The translations under genes were made by a program, and so were the position numbers. DNA of 64,000 bases from Chloropicon primus (taxonomy: Eukaryota). Position 1 is the stretch's first letter, and each line of letters opens with the position of its first letter. Shown here piece after piece: positions 13,323-26,148 of the stretch. The DNA is taken from positions 1-64,000 of the forward strand of contig CP060769.1 of the NCBI GenBank assembly GCA_023205875.1. Direction: 5' to 3'. Under the pieces are notes generated by a model. That model saw only the letters and a list, made by a program, of their open reading frames with translations, ran no database searches and was not told where the DNA came from.

Positions 13323-14672
13323 ATGAGTCAGGTCAACCCTTTGACGAGGAACGCGAGGAGGACGACCAACACCATGAAGAAGGTGAACAAGGTCGTCGGC
13401 GTGAAACCAACTTCTTCTTCGACGATGACGATGAAGACGAGGAAGGTGAAGAAGGGTGCGGCGGGAAGAGGGTGTGGTGGCGGGACGAGGACGAGGGCCT
13501 TGGGGGACATGGGCGTGGGGACGGAGAGGCTGGTGAACTTCAGTGCCGGGCCGGCGTGCGTGTACGAGGACGTTCTCGTCAAGGCGCAGGAGGATCTGCT
13601 GAACTTTGAGAAGAATGGGTTGAGTGTGATGGAGATGTCTCACAGGGGGAAGGCGTTCACCCGGATTATCGAGGAGGCGGAGGCGGACCTGAGGGAGCTC
13701 CTCGGGGTGCCGGACGAGTACAGCGTGCTGTTCATGCAGGGAGGGGCGACGGCGCAATTCGCGGCGGTGCCCTACAACCTGGGTTGGTCGGACGACGTGA
13801 CCGACGTGGGCTTCCGTCCCAGGGCCGACTACCTCACCACGGGTAGCTGGAGCAAGAAGGCCCTGGCGGAGGCCAAGAAGGTCGGGGTGGACGCCAACGT
13901 GGTGGCCACGGGGGACAACAAGAGCATCCCCCTCGACGCGGCGGCGTGGGACGTGAACGCCGACAGCGGCAAGAAGAGCAAGTACTTTCACGTCTGCGCC
14001 AACGAGACGATTCAGGGCGTGGAGCTCAAGGGCCTGAGCCCCCGCTCCGTGCTGGACGAGGCCGCCGGCGGCATCTACCAGGGGGTCCCCCTCGTGGCCG
14101 ACATGAGCAGCAACTTTTGCTCCAAGCCCGTCAAGGTGAGCGACTACGGGGTGATTTACGCGGGCGCCCAGAAGAACGTCGGCCCGGCCGGCGTGACCAT
14201 CGTGATCGTGAGGAAGGACCTCCTCGGCAAGGTCAGGGAGGGCACCCCGACGATGCTCGACTGGACGATCATGGACGAGAACAGCTCGTTGTACAACACT
14301 CCCCCTTGCTTCTCCATCTACATGTGCGGCCTGGTGTTCAAGCACCTCTTGAGCCTCGGCGGCCTCGACAAGGTCGAGCAGATCAACAAGGCCAAGTGCG
14401 GCTTGCTGTACGACACCATCAAGCAGAGCCAGGGGTACTACGACTGCCCCGTGGACCCCAAGGTGAGGTCCGCCATGAACGTTCCCTTCACCATCCCGGA
14501 AAACCCAGACCTCGAGAAGGTCTTCCTGCAGGAGGCCGAGGCCAACGGGCTGATCAACCTCAAGGGCCACAGGTCCGTCGGAGGAATGAGGGCGTCCATC
14601 TACAACGCCATGCCCCTCGAGGGGGTGGAGAAGCTCGTGTCCTTCATGAAGGATTTCCAGGCCAAGCACTAA
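13323..14672 (+). CDS. serC: Phosphoserine aminotransferase (plastid-targeted)
   Basis: NFSAGPA, EMSHRGK, ADMSSNF, YAGAQKNVGPAG, GHRSVGGMRASIYNA. Confidence 0.96.
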   Translation: MSQVNPLTRNARRTTNTMKKVNKVVGVKPTSSSTMTMKTRKVKKGAAGRGCGGGTRTRALGDMGVGTERLVNFSAGPACVYEDVLVKAQEDLLNFEKNGLSVMEMSHRGKAFTRIIEEAEADLRELLGVPDEYSVLFMQGGATAQFAAVPYNLGWSDDVTDVGFRPRADYLTTGSWSKKALAEAKKVGVDANVVATGDNKSIPLDAAAWDVNADSGKKSKYFHVCANETIQGVELKGLSPRSVLDEAAGGIYQGVPLVADMSSNFCSKPVKVSDYGVIYAGAQKNVGPAGVTIVIVRKDLLGKVREGTPTMLDWTIMDENSSLYNTPPCFSIYMCGLVFKHLLSLGGLDKVEQINKAKCGLLYDTIKQSQGYYDCPVDPKVRSAMNVPFTIPENPDLEKVFLQEAEANGLINLKGHRSVGGMRASIYNAMPLEGVEKLVSFMKDFQAKH

Positions 14673-15149
14673 GCACACTACGAAGCACACTACGAAGCAC
14701 TAGACTAGACTAGTGTGTGGTGTGTGGGATGAGGATGAGGATGAGGATGAGGATGATCGGACGGACGACGGAAGAAGAAGAAGAAGACGCGCGGCAGAGG
14801 TGAGGTTGTTGAGGGTGGTGAAGGGGTCTTAGGATAGGACAACAGCAATGACAGAAATGAGATGTAGATGTTTTTTTTTCTCTTCAACGTTGTCTCCTCT
14901 GTGTGTGTGTGTGTGTGTGTTTGTATTACATATATGATTCTTTTCTTTGAGACAACACCTTGAGGTTGAACTGAATTGAAACGGTAACGGCAACTGAAAC
15001 CGGTCCCTCCCTGTGTGATCCAGCACCACGTTTTCCCTAATCATCGGACGCCGTTTCGCACACGTACTGTTGGGGGTCAAAAAATAAAAAACACCTTTTC
15101 TTTTCTTTTCTTTTTCATTTCTTTGTCGGAGTCAGTTCTTCCAGAGAAC

Positions 15150-15211
15150 CCCCTCCTCGATTGCCCCTCCTCCTCGATTACCCCTTCTCCTCGATTGCCC
15201 CTTCTCCTCGA
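15150..15211. repeat. ~17-bp tandem repeat (CCCCTTCTCCTCGATTG-like) x~4
   Basis: CTCCTCGA recurs four times upstream of TTLL1. Confidence 0.7.
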
Positions 15212-15517
15212 ACCGTACTTTGCGATCACAAGGATCTCCAGACTTGATCCTTCCCTTCCCTTTGGTCCTCCTAAACTGTCCCTCCTCCAGCATTGTCCCG
15301 CTTCCCGCGCAAAAATCCTCCAGGAGAGAGAGAAGGCGCGAGGACAGAGGGAGGAGGCGATGCGGCGATGAGGATTGCGCGTCCAAGATACCACCTTTGA
15401 ACACGCACTTCCGTACCGCGCAAGGCGAGGCCTTCTTGTTCCTCTTCGCCATCTCGTTCGAGCCAAGACAAGGAAACAAGGAAACAAGGAACACGCGACA
15501 GACGACGACCTCCACCC

Positions 15518-15618
15518 ATGGTCCTGGGCAACGGGAGTATGTACGTCCTCAAGGACCGCGTCTTCAACGTCAAGTGGTGAGTACTTTGAGAACCAATGAG
15601 TCACACCAACCATTCGTT

Positions 15619-15666
<48 letters not shown>

Positions 15667-15705
15667 TGTGTTCACTTGTGTGCTCACGCACGTTGTTCTG
15701 ACTCA

Positions 15706-15739
<34 letters not shown>

Positions 15740-17167
15740 GCTGCTGCTGCTTGTGATGATGCTGTTGATGAATATGATGCTGTTGATGCTGTTTCCGGAA
15801 CCGGAACCAGGCGGACTGACTTTGACAAGGCGTGCGTGGTGGTGAACTTCGAGCGTCGAGGGTGGCAAAAGTGGAAGGAGTCCGACCACGACGACTGGAA
15901 CATCTGGTGGGCGAGCGTGTACTCGACCAAGCAGGTGTTCAGCTCGGACTCTCACATAAGGTTGAGCGACCACCAGCTTATCAACCACTTTCCGAACCAC
16001 TACGAGATCACGCGGAAGGACCTGATGGTGAAGAACATGAAGAGGTACAGGAAGGAGATGAACCGGGAGGGGAGGGATGTGTCCGTCCTGGACTTTGTTC
16101 CCACGACCTTTGTTTTGCCTGGGGACTACGCGCTGTTCGCCGAGGAGTACAGGAAGCAGCCCAACTCGACTTGGATCCTCAAGCCGTCCGCGAGGGCCCA
16201 GGGAAAGGGAATCTTCCTCATCAACAAGCTGAGCCAGGTCCGCAAGTGGTACGCCACCCAGTGGCCCGGGGCGATCAAGGTGAACAGCTCCGACGCCTAC
16301 GTGGTGTCCAAGTACATCCAAAACCCATTGCTGGTCGGAGGGAAGAAGTTCGACCTCAGGCTGTACGTCTGCGTGAGGAGCTACCGGCCGCTCTTGGCGT
16401 ACAAGTCCTCCCTGTGTTTCGCCAGGTTCTGCAACTTCAAGTACACCGAGGACGAGGACGACCTCGACAACGCTTTTGTTCACCTCACCAACGTGGCGGT
16501 CCAGAAGCACAGCGAGTCGTACAACGAGAACCACGGGAGCAAGTGGCCCCTGGAGAGCCTCAAGTTCTACCTCAAGACCAACTACGGCCTGGAGAAGACG
16601 AACAAGCTGATGCAGGACATCGACAGCATCATCGTTCACACGCTCAAGGCGTGCCAGGCAGTGATGATCAACGACAGGCACTGCTTCGAGCTCTACGGGT
16701 ACGACATCATCGTGGACGACACGCTGAAGCCTTGGCTGATCGAGGTGAACGCTTCCCCGTCGCTCTCCGCGACCACGCACGCGGACAGGCTGCTCAAGTT
16801 CCAGCTGATCAACGACACGCTCAAGTGCGTGGCCCCCAAGCAGTGGCACAAGCAGCAGCAGGGCCACCACGGGGGGGGGCACAAGTCCTCGTCGTCCTCG
16901 TCCTCCTCGGGGGGCGTGCCCAACTTCATCTCCGGAGGGGTCTCCCCCCTGCAGGAGACCGGGAGCTTCACCCTGCTGTACGACGAGGTCTCCAAGCAGC
17001 AGGAGAGGCTGAGGCTGAGGCGGGAGATGGAGAAGAGCGAGAGCGACCGGCCCCGCTGGAGCACCTGGGGGAGCAGCGCCAGCGTCGCCAGTGGGCAGAG
17101 GGACAGGGAGAGCAGCAGCAGCAGCAGTTACACGAGGAGGAGGGCCTTCTCCGCCAGGAGGGGGTAG
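15518..17167 (+). CDS. TTLL1: Tubulin polyglutamylase TTLL1-like; exons 15518-15576, 15811-17167
   Basis: KWRTDFDK..NFERRGW across the splice, NHFPNHYEITRKD, QGKGIFL, KFDLRLY, HLTN, WLIEVNASPS. Confidence 0.9.
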
Positions 17168-17684
17168 GTTGGTGGAAGGACGAGGAGGGAGGGGAGGGGT
17201 TGGACGGACGGACGGAGGGGGATATATATAAATGTGTGTGTGTGTGTGTGTGTTTTTGTAGGCAAGAAAGGGATGTTTGGGAATATCTATCCTCGTAATG
17301 TAATCGCAAAAAATTGTATTGGGTACAGAACGAGGACGAGGACGAGTGGTTGTGGTGGTGGTGGAATCACTCATTCACTCACTCACTCATTCACCCCCTG
17401 TCCTGAACCCACCACCACCACCCTGCCCTCTTCTTGTTGATGATGATGATGATGCAAGATCTCCTGCCTGGCGGCCGGACAGTAATAGTAACGGTAACGC
17501 TCGCGGGAAAGGTGTTGTTGTTTTTGTCGAGGACTTTGTGCGAGGGCGGGGACGGCGAAGGGAACGAACGGAAGGGCAGCGAAAGCAGTGGAGAGAGCAA
17601 GCAAGAGTCCTTCCTTGGATCGTAGTTTCTCTGGCCCCTCCCCCCTTGTGACCGAAGTGGACAAGGTTGTTCCTGATCATCATC

Positions 17685-17925
17685 ATTAGGATAAATCGGT
17701 TTAGGATACCGGTTTTAAGGATTGATCTTTAGGATTGGTTTTAGGATCGGTTTAGGATGGGCTTTAGGATCAATTAGGATCGGCTTACGTTTTAGGATGG
17801 GTGTTTAGGATGGTTTTAGGAATGCTCTAGGATCGGCTTAGGTTTTAGGATGGGCTTCAGGAATGCTTTAGGATCGGCTTAGGTTTTAGGATCACTGAGG
17901 ATCCGGCTTAGGATCGATTTTTGGG
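17685..17925 (+). repeat. Degenerate interstitial telomere-like array (TTTAGG/TTTTAGG + ATCGG spacers)
   Basis: Many TTAGG motifs, mostly followed by AT; G-rich strand on +. Confidence 0.8.
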
Positions 17926-18325
17926 GGGATGAGGATGTCTTTCGTGCTTTTCTTCTTTTTCTCCTCCTCCTCCTCCTCCTCCTCCTCCTCCTCATCATCA
18001 TCATCATCATCCTCCTAATATCACCGTAGGTTAGGTCTGTCGACAGACCCGCCGCCGCGTCCACCCCATCGCAAAGCACGCTTGCATTATTCACGTCGTC
18101 TGGATCGAAATCGAGATCGAGCGAGTCCTTCCTGGGATCCATCCATCCAGACCTCTCTCTCTCTCTCTCTCTCTGGTCGGTCCCCCCTTCCTTCACTGAC
18201 TCCTGCTCCTCTCAAATCAGGGGATTCGCGCGCGCTCTTCCTGGCGGCTCGGCAGCTCTTCGACTTGGCTTGTTGGAGCGAGGGAGGAGCGAGAGAGAGA
18301 GAGGGGGGGGGGGTCGGTCGCCGCG

Positions 18326-18877
18326 ATGGAGTTGAGGAGCGGGTACGCGCTCGGCATGCGCGACGCCCAGAGGCCCGAGCTGACGCCCCAACACGTCGAG
18401 CAGCTACGGAAGGGCGTGATCCTGGTGTTCACGAGGTGGACCGCTCTGCAGCTGGCGATCGCGAACCAGTGGGGCGGCCAGGACAGCGAGGAGAAGGCCA
18501 GGGTTCTCGTGGACAAGGTCGTGTGCTGGCTGACGGAAACCAAGGAGGTGTACGCGGACGAGCTCGAGGACCTCCTGGACAACGAGCTCATCGACGATTG
18601 GAACACCCAGGCGGAGGACGAGAGCCCAGGCCAGGTGGCGGGCCTCGTGACGCGGGTGTTCTGGGAGACGGCCAGGAACGAGGGGACCCTCGTGCAGGAG
18701 CTGGAGGGGGCCCAGACGGAGGAGATGAGGAGGCTGGGCGCGGTGCTGGACCGGAGCGTCCAGGAGCAGCTCTGGCAGGAGAGGGAGAGGGCGAGGGAGG
18801 AGAGGGAGAGGAGGAGGGAGGAGGAGAAGAGGGAGAGGAGGGAGGACGACGACGGGTGGACCACGGTGACGCGGTAG
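18326..18877 (+). CDS. TSR2: Pre-rRNA-processing protein TSR2
   Basis: RWTALQLAIANQWGG (WGG motif), TQAEDESP, C-terminal DDDGWTTV. Confidence 0.9.
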   Translation: MELRSGYALGMRDAQRPELTPQHVEQLRKGVILVFTRWTALQLAIANQWGGQDSEEKARVLVDKVVCWLTETKEVYADELEDLLDNELIDDWNTQAEDESPGQVAGLVTRVFWETARNEGTLVQELEGAQTEEMRRLGAVLDRSVQEQLWQERERAREERERRREEEKRERREDDDGWTTVTR

Positions 18878-19045
18878 AAGAGGAGAGAGGGGGGGAGAGG
18901 GGGGGGGGTGCGAGTGAATATATATATATTTTATATATTTTATATAGTTTATATATCGTGTAGTAGTGGCTCTTGTCGATTTTTTTTTGTCGGACGATCG
19001 ATCCTTGTGCAATTAACTTCACCCGGAGGAACAAAAAAAAAAGAG

Positions 19046-19117
19046 TACGCTCGCCGGGAATCGAACCCGGATCCTTTGCTTGGAAGGCAAATATCTTCAC
19101 CATTAGACTACAAGCGT
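19046..19117 (-). tRNA. tRNA-Gly(TCC)
   Basis: 72-nt cloverleaf: ACGCTTG/CGAGCGT acceptor, TTTGC-CT-TCC-AA-GCAAA anticodon arm, GGTTCGATTCC; T-run terminator directly downstream. Confidence 0.96.
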
Positions 19118-19185
19118 CTTCTGTGCTAATCACATGCTGACAAAAGCAGATTTGGTGTTTATGTACGTTCTATGGATTCTTCAGA

Positions 19186-19490
19186 TTATTCTTCCTCTTC
19201 CGTAACAGACGAGAGAGAAAGGCAACGCGTGAAGTGCCTTGGCGAGGAATTGCATTCACACATCGCGTCCCAGGAATAATCACTGTCGTAGTATTCCTCC
19301 TCGTAGTATTCCTCCTCGCCTGATCCTCGGTTCTCCTCGATCCACTCGACGATGCCATAATCCTCGTGTACATCTCCGCCTGTCTCCTGCGTTCCTCTCG
19401 GGTCCAAGGACAGGGCGGGTCCTGGCTCCGAAGCCACTGCAGAACATCAAGGTGACCGTGTTCAGCTGCCGAATTCAGGGCGGGCGGGCC
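19186..19490 (-). pseudogene. Frameshifted C-terminal fragment of an ankyrin-like repeat protein
   Basis: AAEHGHLDVLQWLRSQDPPCPW, then in another frame YGIVEWIEEN plus an acidic tail; no intact 5' part. Confidence 0.7.
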
Positions 19491-19749
19491 TTGGTTGAGG
19501 ATCCCTTGTGAGGAATTCTCCACCCAAAAAAAAATACGAGCAAAGAGAGAAGAGAGAAGAGAAAGGCAAGGGGCCACGCCACATCCTTCCTTCGTGTCCC
19601 GCGTGGATTGAATTCAACGAAACCTAAACTATAAAAAAATTCACCTCCTCCTCCTCATCATCATCATCATCATCATCATCATTAGCCTACCCTAAAACCT
19701 AGTCGTCCACCCAGCCCAGCCTCCTCCTCCACCCAGCCCAGTCCTCCAC

Positions 19750-21366
19750 CTAGTCCAGTCCGATCCGGCACAATGGGTTCCTCTTGATCATGTCCAGGTC
19801 GACCTTGTGGCCGAAGAGTTCCCTGATGTTGTCCACTCCGTAGAGCGTCATGGTGGGCCTCTCCAGGCTCAGGCCCCAGGCGATGACCTTGACGTCCTCC
19901 GGCAGGCCCATGGGCCTGAGCATCTCCGGCCTGAAGATCCCGCTGTTCCCGACCTCGAGCCACTCGCCCAGGCCGGGGTGGAAGGCGAAGATCTCCATGC
20001 TGGGCTCCGTGTAGGGGTTGTAGGCCGGCTTGAACTTCACGTCGCGCATGCCGATCTTGGAGAAGAACTCCTTGATGGTCCCCAGGAGGTGCGCCAGGTT
20101 GAGGTCCTTGTCCGCCACGAGGCCCTCGCACTGGTGGAACTCCGCCAGGTGGGTCCGGTCCACGCTCTCGTTCCTGAACACCCTGTCGACCGAAAAGTAC
20201 CTGCAGGGGGTGAACTTCCCCTCCCTCTCCATCTTCTTGGCGACCTGGTACAGCATCCTGCTGGACACGGCGGTGGTGTGCGTCCTGAGGATGTTCTTCT
20301 GGGCCTCCTCGAGCTTCCAGTTGTAGCCGTACCCCAGGGACCCGTAGCCCCCCTCCTCGTGGACCTTCCTCACCCTCTCCAGGTAGTCCGCGGGCCACTT
20401 GGCCGAGTCGCTGAACATGGGCTTGGTCAGGAAGAAGGTGTCGTGGGCGTCCCTGGCCGGGTGCTGCTGGGGCTGGAACAGGGCGTCAAAGTTCCAGAAG
20501 CTGCTCTCCACGAAGCGGTTCGTGGGCATCTCCTCGAAGCCCATCCTGATGAAGATCTTGCGGAACTGGGACCTGACCTTGAGGAGGGGGTGGAGGTGGC
20601 CGCCCGACAGCTCGGGGGCCATGGCCCGAAAGTTGTACCGCTTGAAGGCCACCGACGTGTACTTGTCGTTCGTCAGCAAGTCCCTCGTCAGGTCCGTCGC
20701 CTCCTTCTTCCTCTCCAGGGCGAACTTCGGGCCCTTGGCCACCTCGAAGAAGTTCGTCTTCTCCACCGCGATCAGCTTCCTCTTCTTCAGGTTCTGGGCG
20801 TCCTTGGGCCCCACCTCCTCGCCCTTGGCCACCGACTGGAGGAGTACCAAGCACTTGTCCTCGACCGACTCGCAGGACGCCAGAATGGTCGGCTCCGCCT
20901 TGGGCTCCTTCTTCTTCGCCGCCGCCGCCCCCCCCCCCTCCTCCTCCCCCTGCTTGGGCTTGGGCTTGTCCTGCTTCAGCACGGAGACCCACTTGGCCTG
21001 CATGGCTTGCTTGAACCCCACGCCCGCGACCTGCCCCCCGACCTTGTCCTTGAGCTGAGACATCGTCAACCCGCTCGGCATCGCTTCCCTCACGGCGGCG
21101 AACACCTGAGCCTCCGGCGAGGACCCTTGGCTCACGTACCCCAGCGCCTCCTCGGTCAACACCGTCACCTGCGTCGCGTGTTCCTTGGCCACCACCAGCC
21201 CACTCGCCGACAGCGACCGTATCGCACTGCACAGGTCCTTGTGATCGAACCCGCCGGCCGCGTTCTTGCTCGCGAACTCGAGCGAGTTCTCCACGCACCC
21301 CTCGCTCACCGCCTTGAGCAGCGTCCTCTCCACCGCTTCCATCATCATCATCTGCTGCTGTGTCAT
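19750..21366 (-). CDS. FARSA: Cytosolic phenylalanyl-tRNA synthetase alpha subunit
   Basis: [61 protein letters not shown]. Confidence 0.96.
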   Translation of the reverse strand: MTQQQMMMMEAVERTLLKAVSEGCVENSLEFASKNAAGGFDHKDLCSAIRSLSASGLVVAKEHATQVTVLTEEALGYVSQGSSPEAQVFAAVREAMPSGLTMSQLKDKVGGQVAGVGFKQAMQAKWVSVLKQDKPKPKQGEEEGGGAAAAKKKEPKAEPTILASCESVEDKCLVLLQSVAKGEEVGPKDAQNLKKRKLIAVEKTNFFEVAKGPKFALERKKEATDLTRDLLTNDKYTSVAFKRYNFRAMAPELSGGHLHPLLKVRSQFRKIFIRMGFEEMPTNRFVESSFWNFDALFQPQQHPARDAHDTFFLTKPMFSDSAKWPADYLERVRKVHEEGGYGSLGYGYNWKLEEAQKNILRTHTTAVSSRMLYQVAKKMEREGKFTPCRYFSVDRVFRNESVDRTHLAEFHQCEGLVADKDLNLAHLLGTIKEFFSKIGMRDVKFKPAYNPYTEPSMEIFAFHPGLGEWLEVGNSGIFRPEMLRPMGLPEDVKVIAWGLSLERPTMTLYGVDNIRELFGHKVDLDMIKRNPLCRIGLD

Positions 21367-21925
21367 GTCATGTCATGTCATGGAGGAACAAACGAAAACA
21401 AAATCCGTTTCTCAGCACTAAACCCTTCAAGAACGGTACCGATCGAAAGAGAACATAAAGACGCTTCCGAAGGTCCCAAGTTCATCACCCGTTTCCCCTG
21501 TTCTCGTCCCAAGGCGCCCCTCTCAAACTCACCTTCTCTCCCTCTCCCTCGTGCGCCCTGCGATCGATCGATCGACCCGGTCTCTTGAGGATATCTCATA
21601 ATGAGTGTAGTTAACATCGTTATTAGGACCCCACATCACCAAGATGGAATCTCTACTCTCCAGGAGGTTGACGGCTGGTCATTCCGCAATACACATTCCT
21701 ACGATACACGTCATGAAAGAACGTAATATGGATGTATAAAAGCAAATGCTACGTGATATAACGCATTGTATTTCGTACTAGACGTTTCTCATTGGAATGT
21801 CTTTCGAAGAGGATGTTGTCGTGGCGGCGGCGGAGAGGGAAAAAAAAAAAAGAGAAGAGAAGAGGAGCGAGCGGCAGAGAACGCAGGGTTGAAGCTCGGC
21901 GACGGTGCTTTAGTGCGACGACAAC

Positions 21926-22696
21926 ATGGGACGCGTGATTCGTGGACAGAGGAAGGGTAATGGAGGGATCTTCAAGTCCGTCTCCAGGACGAGGAAGGGT
22001 GCCGCCAAGTTGAGGAGGTTCGACTTCTCGGAGAAGAAGGGATACGTCAAGGGGGTTATCAAGGAGATCCTTCACGACCCCGGTAGAGGTGCGCCGCTCG
22101 CTAGGGTGACGTTCAGGGACCCCATCAGGTACAAGCACCAGAAGGAGACCTTCATCGCCGCGGAGGGACTTTACACCGGACAGTTCATCTACTCTGGAAA
22201 GAAGGCGACGCTTTCCATTGGAAACGTCAAGAACGTGGGAAGCATGCCGGAGGGTACCGTGATTTGCAACATCGAGAGGTACGCAGGAGACAGGTCCTCG
22301 TTGGCGAGGGCGAGTGGAACCTACGGAGTCATCGTGGCCCACAACGTCGACGCTGGCGTCACGAGGATCAAGCTCCCAAGCGGAAGCAAGAAGCTCATCC
22401 CTTCGGCGTGCAGAGCCATGATTGGCCAGGTCGCGGGAGGCGGAAGAACCGAGAAGCCTCTTCTCAAGGCCGGAGCCAGCTACCACAAGTACAAGGTGAA
22501 GAGAAACTGCTGGCCTAAGGTTAGGGGTGTTGCCATGAACCCTGTAGAGCATCCTCACGGAGGTGGTAACCACCAGCATATTGGTCACCCATCGACCATG
22601 TCCAGGGCCGCGCCTCCAGGTATGAAGGTCGGTCTCATCGCCGCCAGGAGAACGGGTAGACTGAAGGGAGCCCAGACCATCAAGGACTCAGAGTAA
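21926..22696 (+). CDS. RPL8: 60S ribosomal protein L8 (uL2)
   Basis: [40 protein letters not shown]. Confidence 0.98.
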   Translation: MGRVIRGQRKGNGGIFKSVSRTRKGAAKLRRFDFSEKKGYVKGVIKEILHDPGRGAPLARVTFRDPIRYKHQKETFIAAEGLYTGQFIYSGKKATLSIGNVKNVGSMPEGTVICNIERYAGDRSSLARASGTYGVIVAHNVDAGVTRIKLPSGSKKLIPSACRAMIGQVAGGGRTEKPLLKAGASYHKYKVKRNCWPKVRGVAMNPVEHPHGGGNHQHIGHPSTMSRAAPPGMKVGLIAARRTGRLKGAQTIKDSE

Positions 22697-23112
22697 AGAC
22701 CTATATTCGTTGCGACTGAGAGCCGGGATGGAGACAACAACAACAACTTGTTTATAACGATAAATACTTCTAGAACTACTAAAAAAAAAGTGTGGGAGGA
22801 AGGCTCGGCTTGCGCTTGCCTTGTTGTGTAATGAACGCAAACACCTACCTTTTCTGCAAACGCCTACCTCTTCTGCCACAAGGACGAACTTGTTGTTGTT
22901 CCCCCCCCAAAAAAGAAAAGAAAACGTTCGTCGTCGTGTCGCTAGTGTGTGTTGCGTTGCGATTAAAGACCAATTATTATTATTATTATTATTCTCCCCT
23001 GACCCGATTCAGGTGAGGCTCCTCAACATCCCCCCCCACACACACACACACGCACGCACAACAGCAGCAGCAGCCGCGTCCGACGGCCCGGTCTTCCCTG
23101 CCTGGTGTCTCC

Positions 23113-24135
23113 TCACTCTTCCTTGTCGCTGGACTTGTTCGTGATCGCATCGTAGGCCTTCTTCAGCAGGACGTAGTACCAGTACGAGTTGAGGAGGAGG
23201 AGGCCCCCGACCCCGAGGGCGAAGAAGAAGAGATAGCCGTCCACCAGCCAATGGAACTTGGAATTCACTTGGGAATAGATCTTCCCGTTCGCGACGTGGT
23301 TTGTGTGGTACCACCAAAGGAAGGGCAAGCTCGCGACCGTGATGATCCAGCGAATTCCGAACGTCAGGAGCAGCACGTACCCGTTCTTCTTCCACAGCTC
23401 CTTGCTGAAGTTCGCCTTCATCAAGAACCAGTTGTAGTTCAAGAAAGGCGTGCTGATCTCCGTCAGGGAGAACCAAAAGTACAGCACGATGCCCAGCGTG
23501 CAGGGAACGTACTAGCAAACCAAACGAAACGAAGATGGAGAATGGAGAATGCCAATGCATTCATCGTGAAGGAAAGGGTTCAGGAAAGGGTTCGTCAGCC
23601 AATTTCGCTTTCCCCGTGCTCTCTGGTCTCTCAAACCTTCCACACTGCTGGTGCTGCTGGTGCTGCTTCCACTTACCTGGGACAGGAAATAGGTGAACAC
23701 GAAGATGGCGTGGTGGACCAAGATCGTGGTCAACTGGTTCTTCATGTACTCGAAATAGATGGCGAGGAAGACGACATCGTAAAGAATATAACCGACCGAC
23801 ACTGCAGTCACGACGTGGAAGTACTCGCTGAAGGCGAACTCCTTGTGTGCGACCTCCTGCGCCCAACCCTTGGCGAAGTAGATGATTCCGCACACGAACG
23901 AGAAGACGGCGTGCGTCGTGGATATCATGTTATTGTGCACGCAGACCTTGTCCTTCCCCTTGGTTATCCCAAAAGACTCTGCCTTGATGTTCCTGCTGAG
24001 CAGCAGGTGGAGCAGCCCCCAGCACGCCGTGCAGATGGCCACAAGGTGTGGCATCAGACTGAGGAAACTCTTCCACCTTTCTTGATCCAGGTCCAGGTCC
24101 AGGTCTCCCTCCCTCCCCCTGATGAACAGCTCCAT
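23113..24135 (-). CDS. TLC-domain (TMEM56-like) membrane protein; exons 24135-23677, 23511-23113
   Basis: ISTTHA, SVGYILYD, ILVHH, TEISTPFLN..W, LNSYW; in-frame GT-AG intron. Confidence 0.8.
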
Positions 24136-24177
24136 CCTCTCTCCCTCGTCTCAATCCTCTCCCTTCTCCAATGACCA

Positions 24178-24209
<32 letters not shown>

Positions 24210-24800
24210 GGTCTCCGTCGTCCCAGCAGGACAGGACAGGACACGGCTCCGATGGATGGATTGCCGAGAGACGAAACGAAACCAAAGACGAAAGACGAAA
24301 GACGAAAGACGAGGACGAAAGACGAGGACGAAAGACGAGGAGGACCTTTGTTTGTTTCTTTCTTTCTTTTGTCCTTGGCTTTGTTCCTTCGTTTCTTGGA
24401 AATTATGGGGCGCCCCATTGTTCCAAGAATAGACTAATCATCTCCACCATCCAGGCCAGGCCAGTGGAAAGGGGCAAGGGGCAAGGGGTTGACGACAAGA
24501 AAACAAAACAAAAGGAAAGGATTCCTTCCTTCCTTCCTTCTTTCCTTCTTCTCTAGTCTTCTTCTCCTTCTCTTCTTTCTCCTTCTTCTTCAGCGTCTTC
24601 TTCCTTGCCAAAGGTAAACGTTAACTTGACAGGAACGAAAACGAAAAAAGTCTGGAGGAGGAGGAGCACAAGACAGGCAGCTGGACCGGGACCGGGACCA
24701 AGGAAGACCTTCAGTCCTTGTCTTCTTCTTCTTCTTCTTCTTCTTCTTGTCGTCGTCGTCGTCGTCGTCTTTGCGTTTTTGGTGTGGGGGACGGGACAAG

Positions 24801-26148
24801 ATGGCTCCCAGGGCCAGGAGGAAGTACAGCAAAAGGTATGGGGACCCCTCTGAGCCTGAGGAGGAGGAACTCAGCAGGAAGCTGAGCTTCTGCATCAACT
24901 CGTACAGGGCGGTGGGGAACTCCTCTCACATCAGCACGAGGTCCTTGCAGCGTATCAGGAAACAACTGAACGAGAACAACCCCAAAGTGAAGGAGCTCAA
25001 GGAGGACAAGGGTGACTACCTGCAGCACAAGATAAGCATACAGCACCAAATGATGCAGCTGGAGGAGAAGGTGAGTGGTGGCCTCCGGCACCGAACAAGA
25101 GGGGCGTTGTCGTCGTGTCCCGGCACTAACTAACGTTTTTGTGTGTCTCTGCCTTGTTGCCAACCTCAACACCGACGGCGCGACTCAGGTCAAGCGCGAG
25201 AGGTACAACGCTTTCAGCGCGCGGTACGAGTCCGAGCTGAGGGAGAGGCGGCTTCTGTTCCAGTCTCGGGAGAGGCTGAACGGCATGACTCGGCCTTGGA
25301 CGGCCCAGTCCTCCTCTCCCTCTGCCTCGCCGACGAAGAAGGAGAGGCCGGACCCTGCCCAGGAGTCCCCCAGCACCACGCCCAAGGGGGAGAAGGGCGC
25401 CAAGGTGGCGAGGAAGAAGGGCACCAAGGACAAGAAGCACGTCGACGTGGCCTTGGAGATCACGGCCTTGGTCCCTTCCACCACCGCTACCGCCCAGGAG
25501 AAGCAAGCTGCCGCCAAGGAGGCCAAAGACAGGGGGGTGGCCAAGGATGTCAAGCGCAAGTCGGTGGTCAAGCCGAAGCGGGCCTCCATGGTGAACGCAG
25601 CTGGCCAGAAGCAGTCCGAGGCGACGAGGAGGGACCGGGACCGGGACCGGGACCGGGACCGGGACGGAAGCGCCGGGCCGGGCCAGTCCTCGCGAAGGGG
25701 CCTGGGAGGGGGCTACGCCCTTCGGACCAGGGAGGTCCAGGGCACCGTGACCCTCCCCCACGGGATGGAGCAGCAGCCCAAGCTACGGAAGGTGAACTCC
25801 GCGAAGGCCAACTACAGGCACCCCCTGACGGGCCAGCTGGTCCAGAGGCCCTCCTCCCAGCCGGCGGGGGGGTTGCTCAACTCCAAGACGGTTGAGATGA
25901 ACTTTGCGTACTGGGGGTTCAGGAAGAAGCCCCTGAGCGCGGGGGGCGGAGGGAGCGGCCGGAGCCCGCGCAAGAGGCCGCCCAGCCTGAAGAGCAACAG
26001 GGACAGGATGCTTCTCTCCTCCAAAGAGGCGATGACGGGGAAGCTCCACTTGGGTTCCGGCTGGCGGCCTTGCCCCCCCGCCATGTTCGACGTGAGCAAC
26101 ATGAGCCCCGTCCACGGCAAGATCCGAGCCTGGCAGGAGCAAATGTAA
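24801..26148 (+). CDS. Hypothetical protein (N-terminal coiled coil, basic disordered tail); exons 24801-25070, 25189-26148
   Basis: Two ORFs joined in frame by a GTGAGT..CAG intron; coding-like GC3. Confidence 0.65.

Noticed and set aside
21590..21790. AT-rich spacer with a USE-like CCCACATC (possible snRNA or telomerase RNA gene)
   Set aside because: No properly spaced TATA, template or snRNA motif; adequately explained as a divergent promoter
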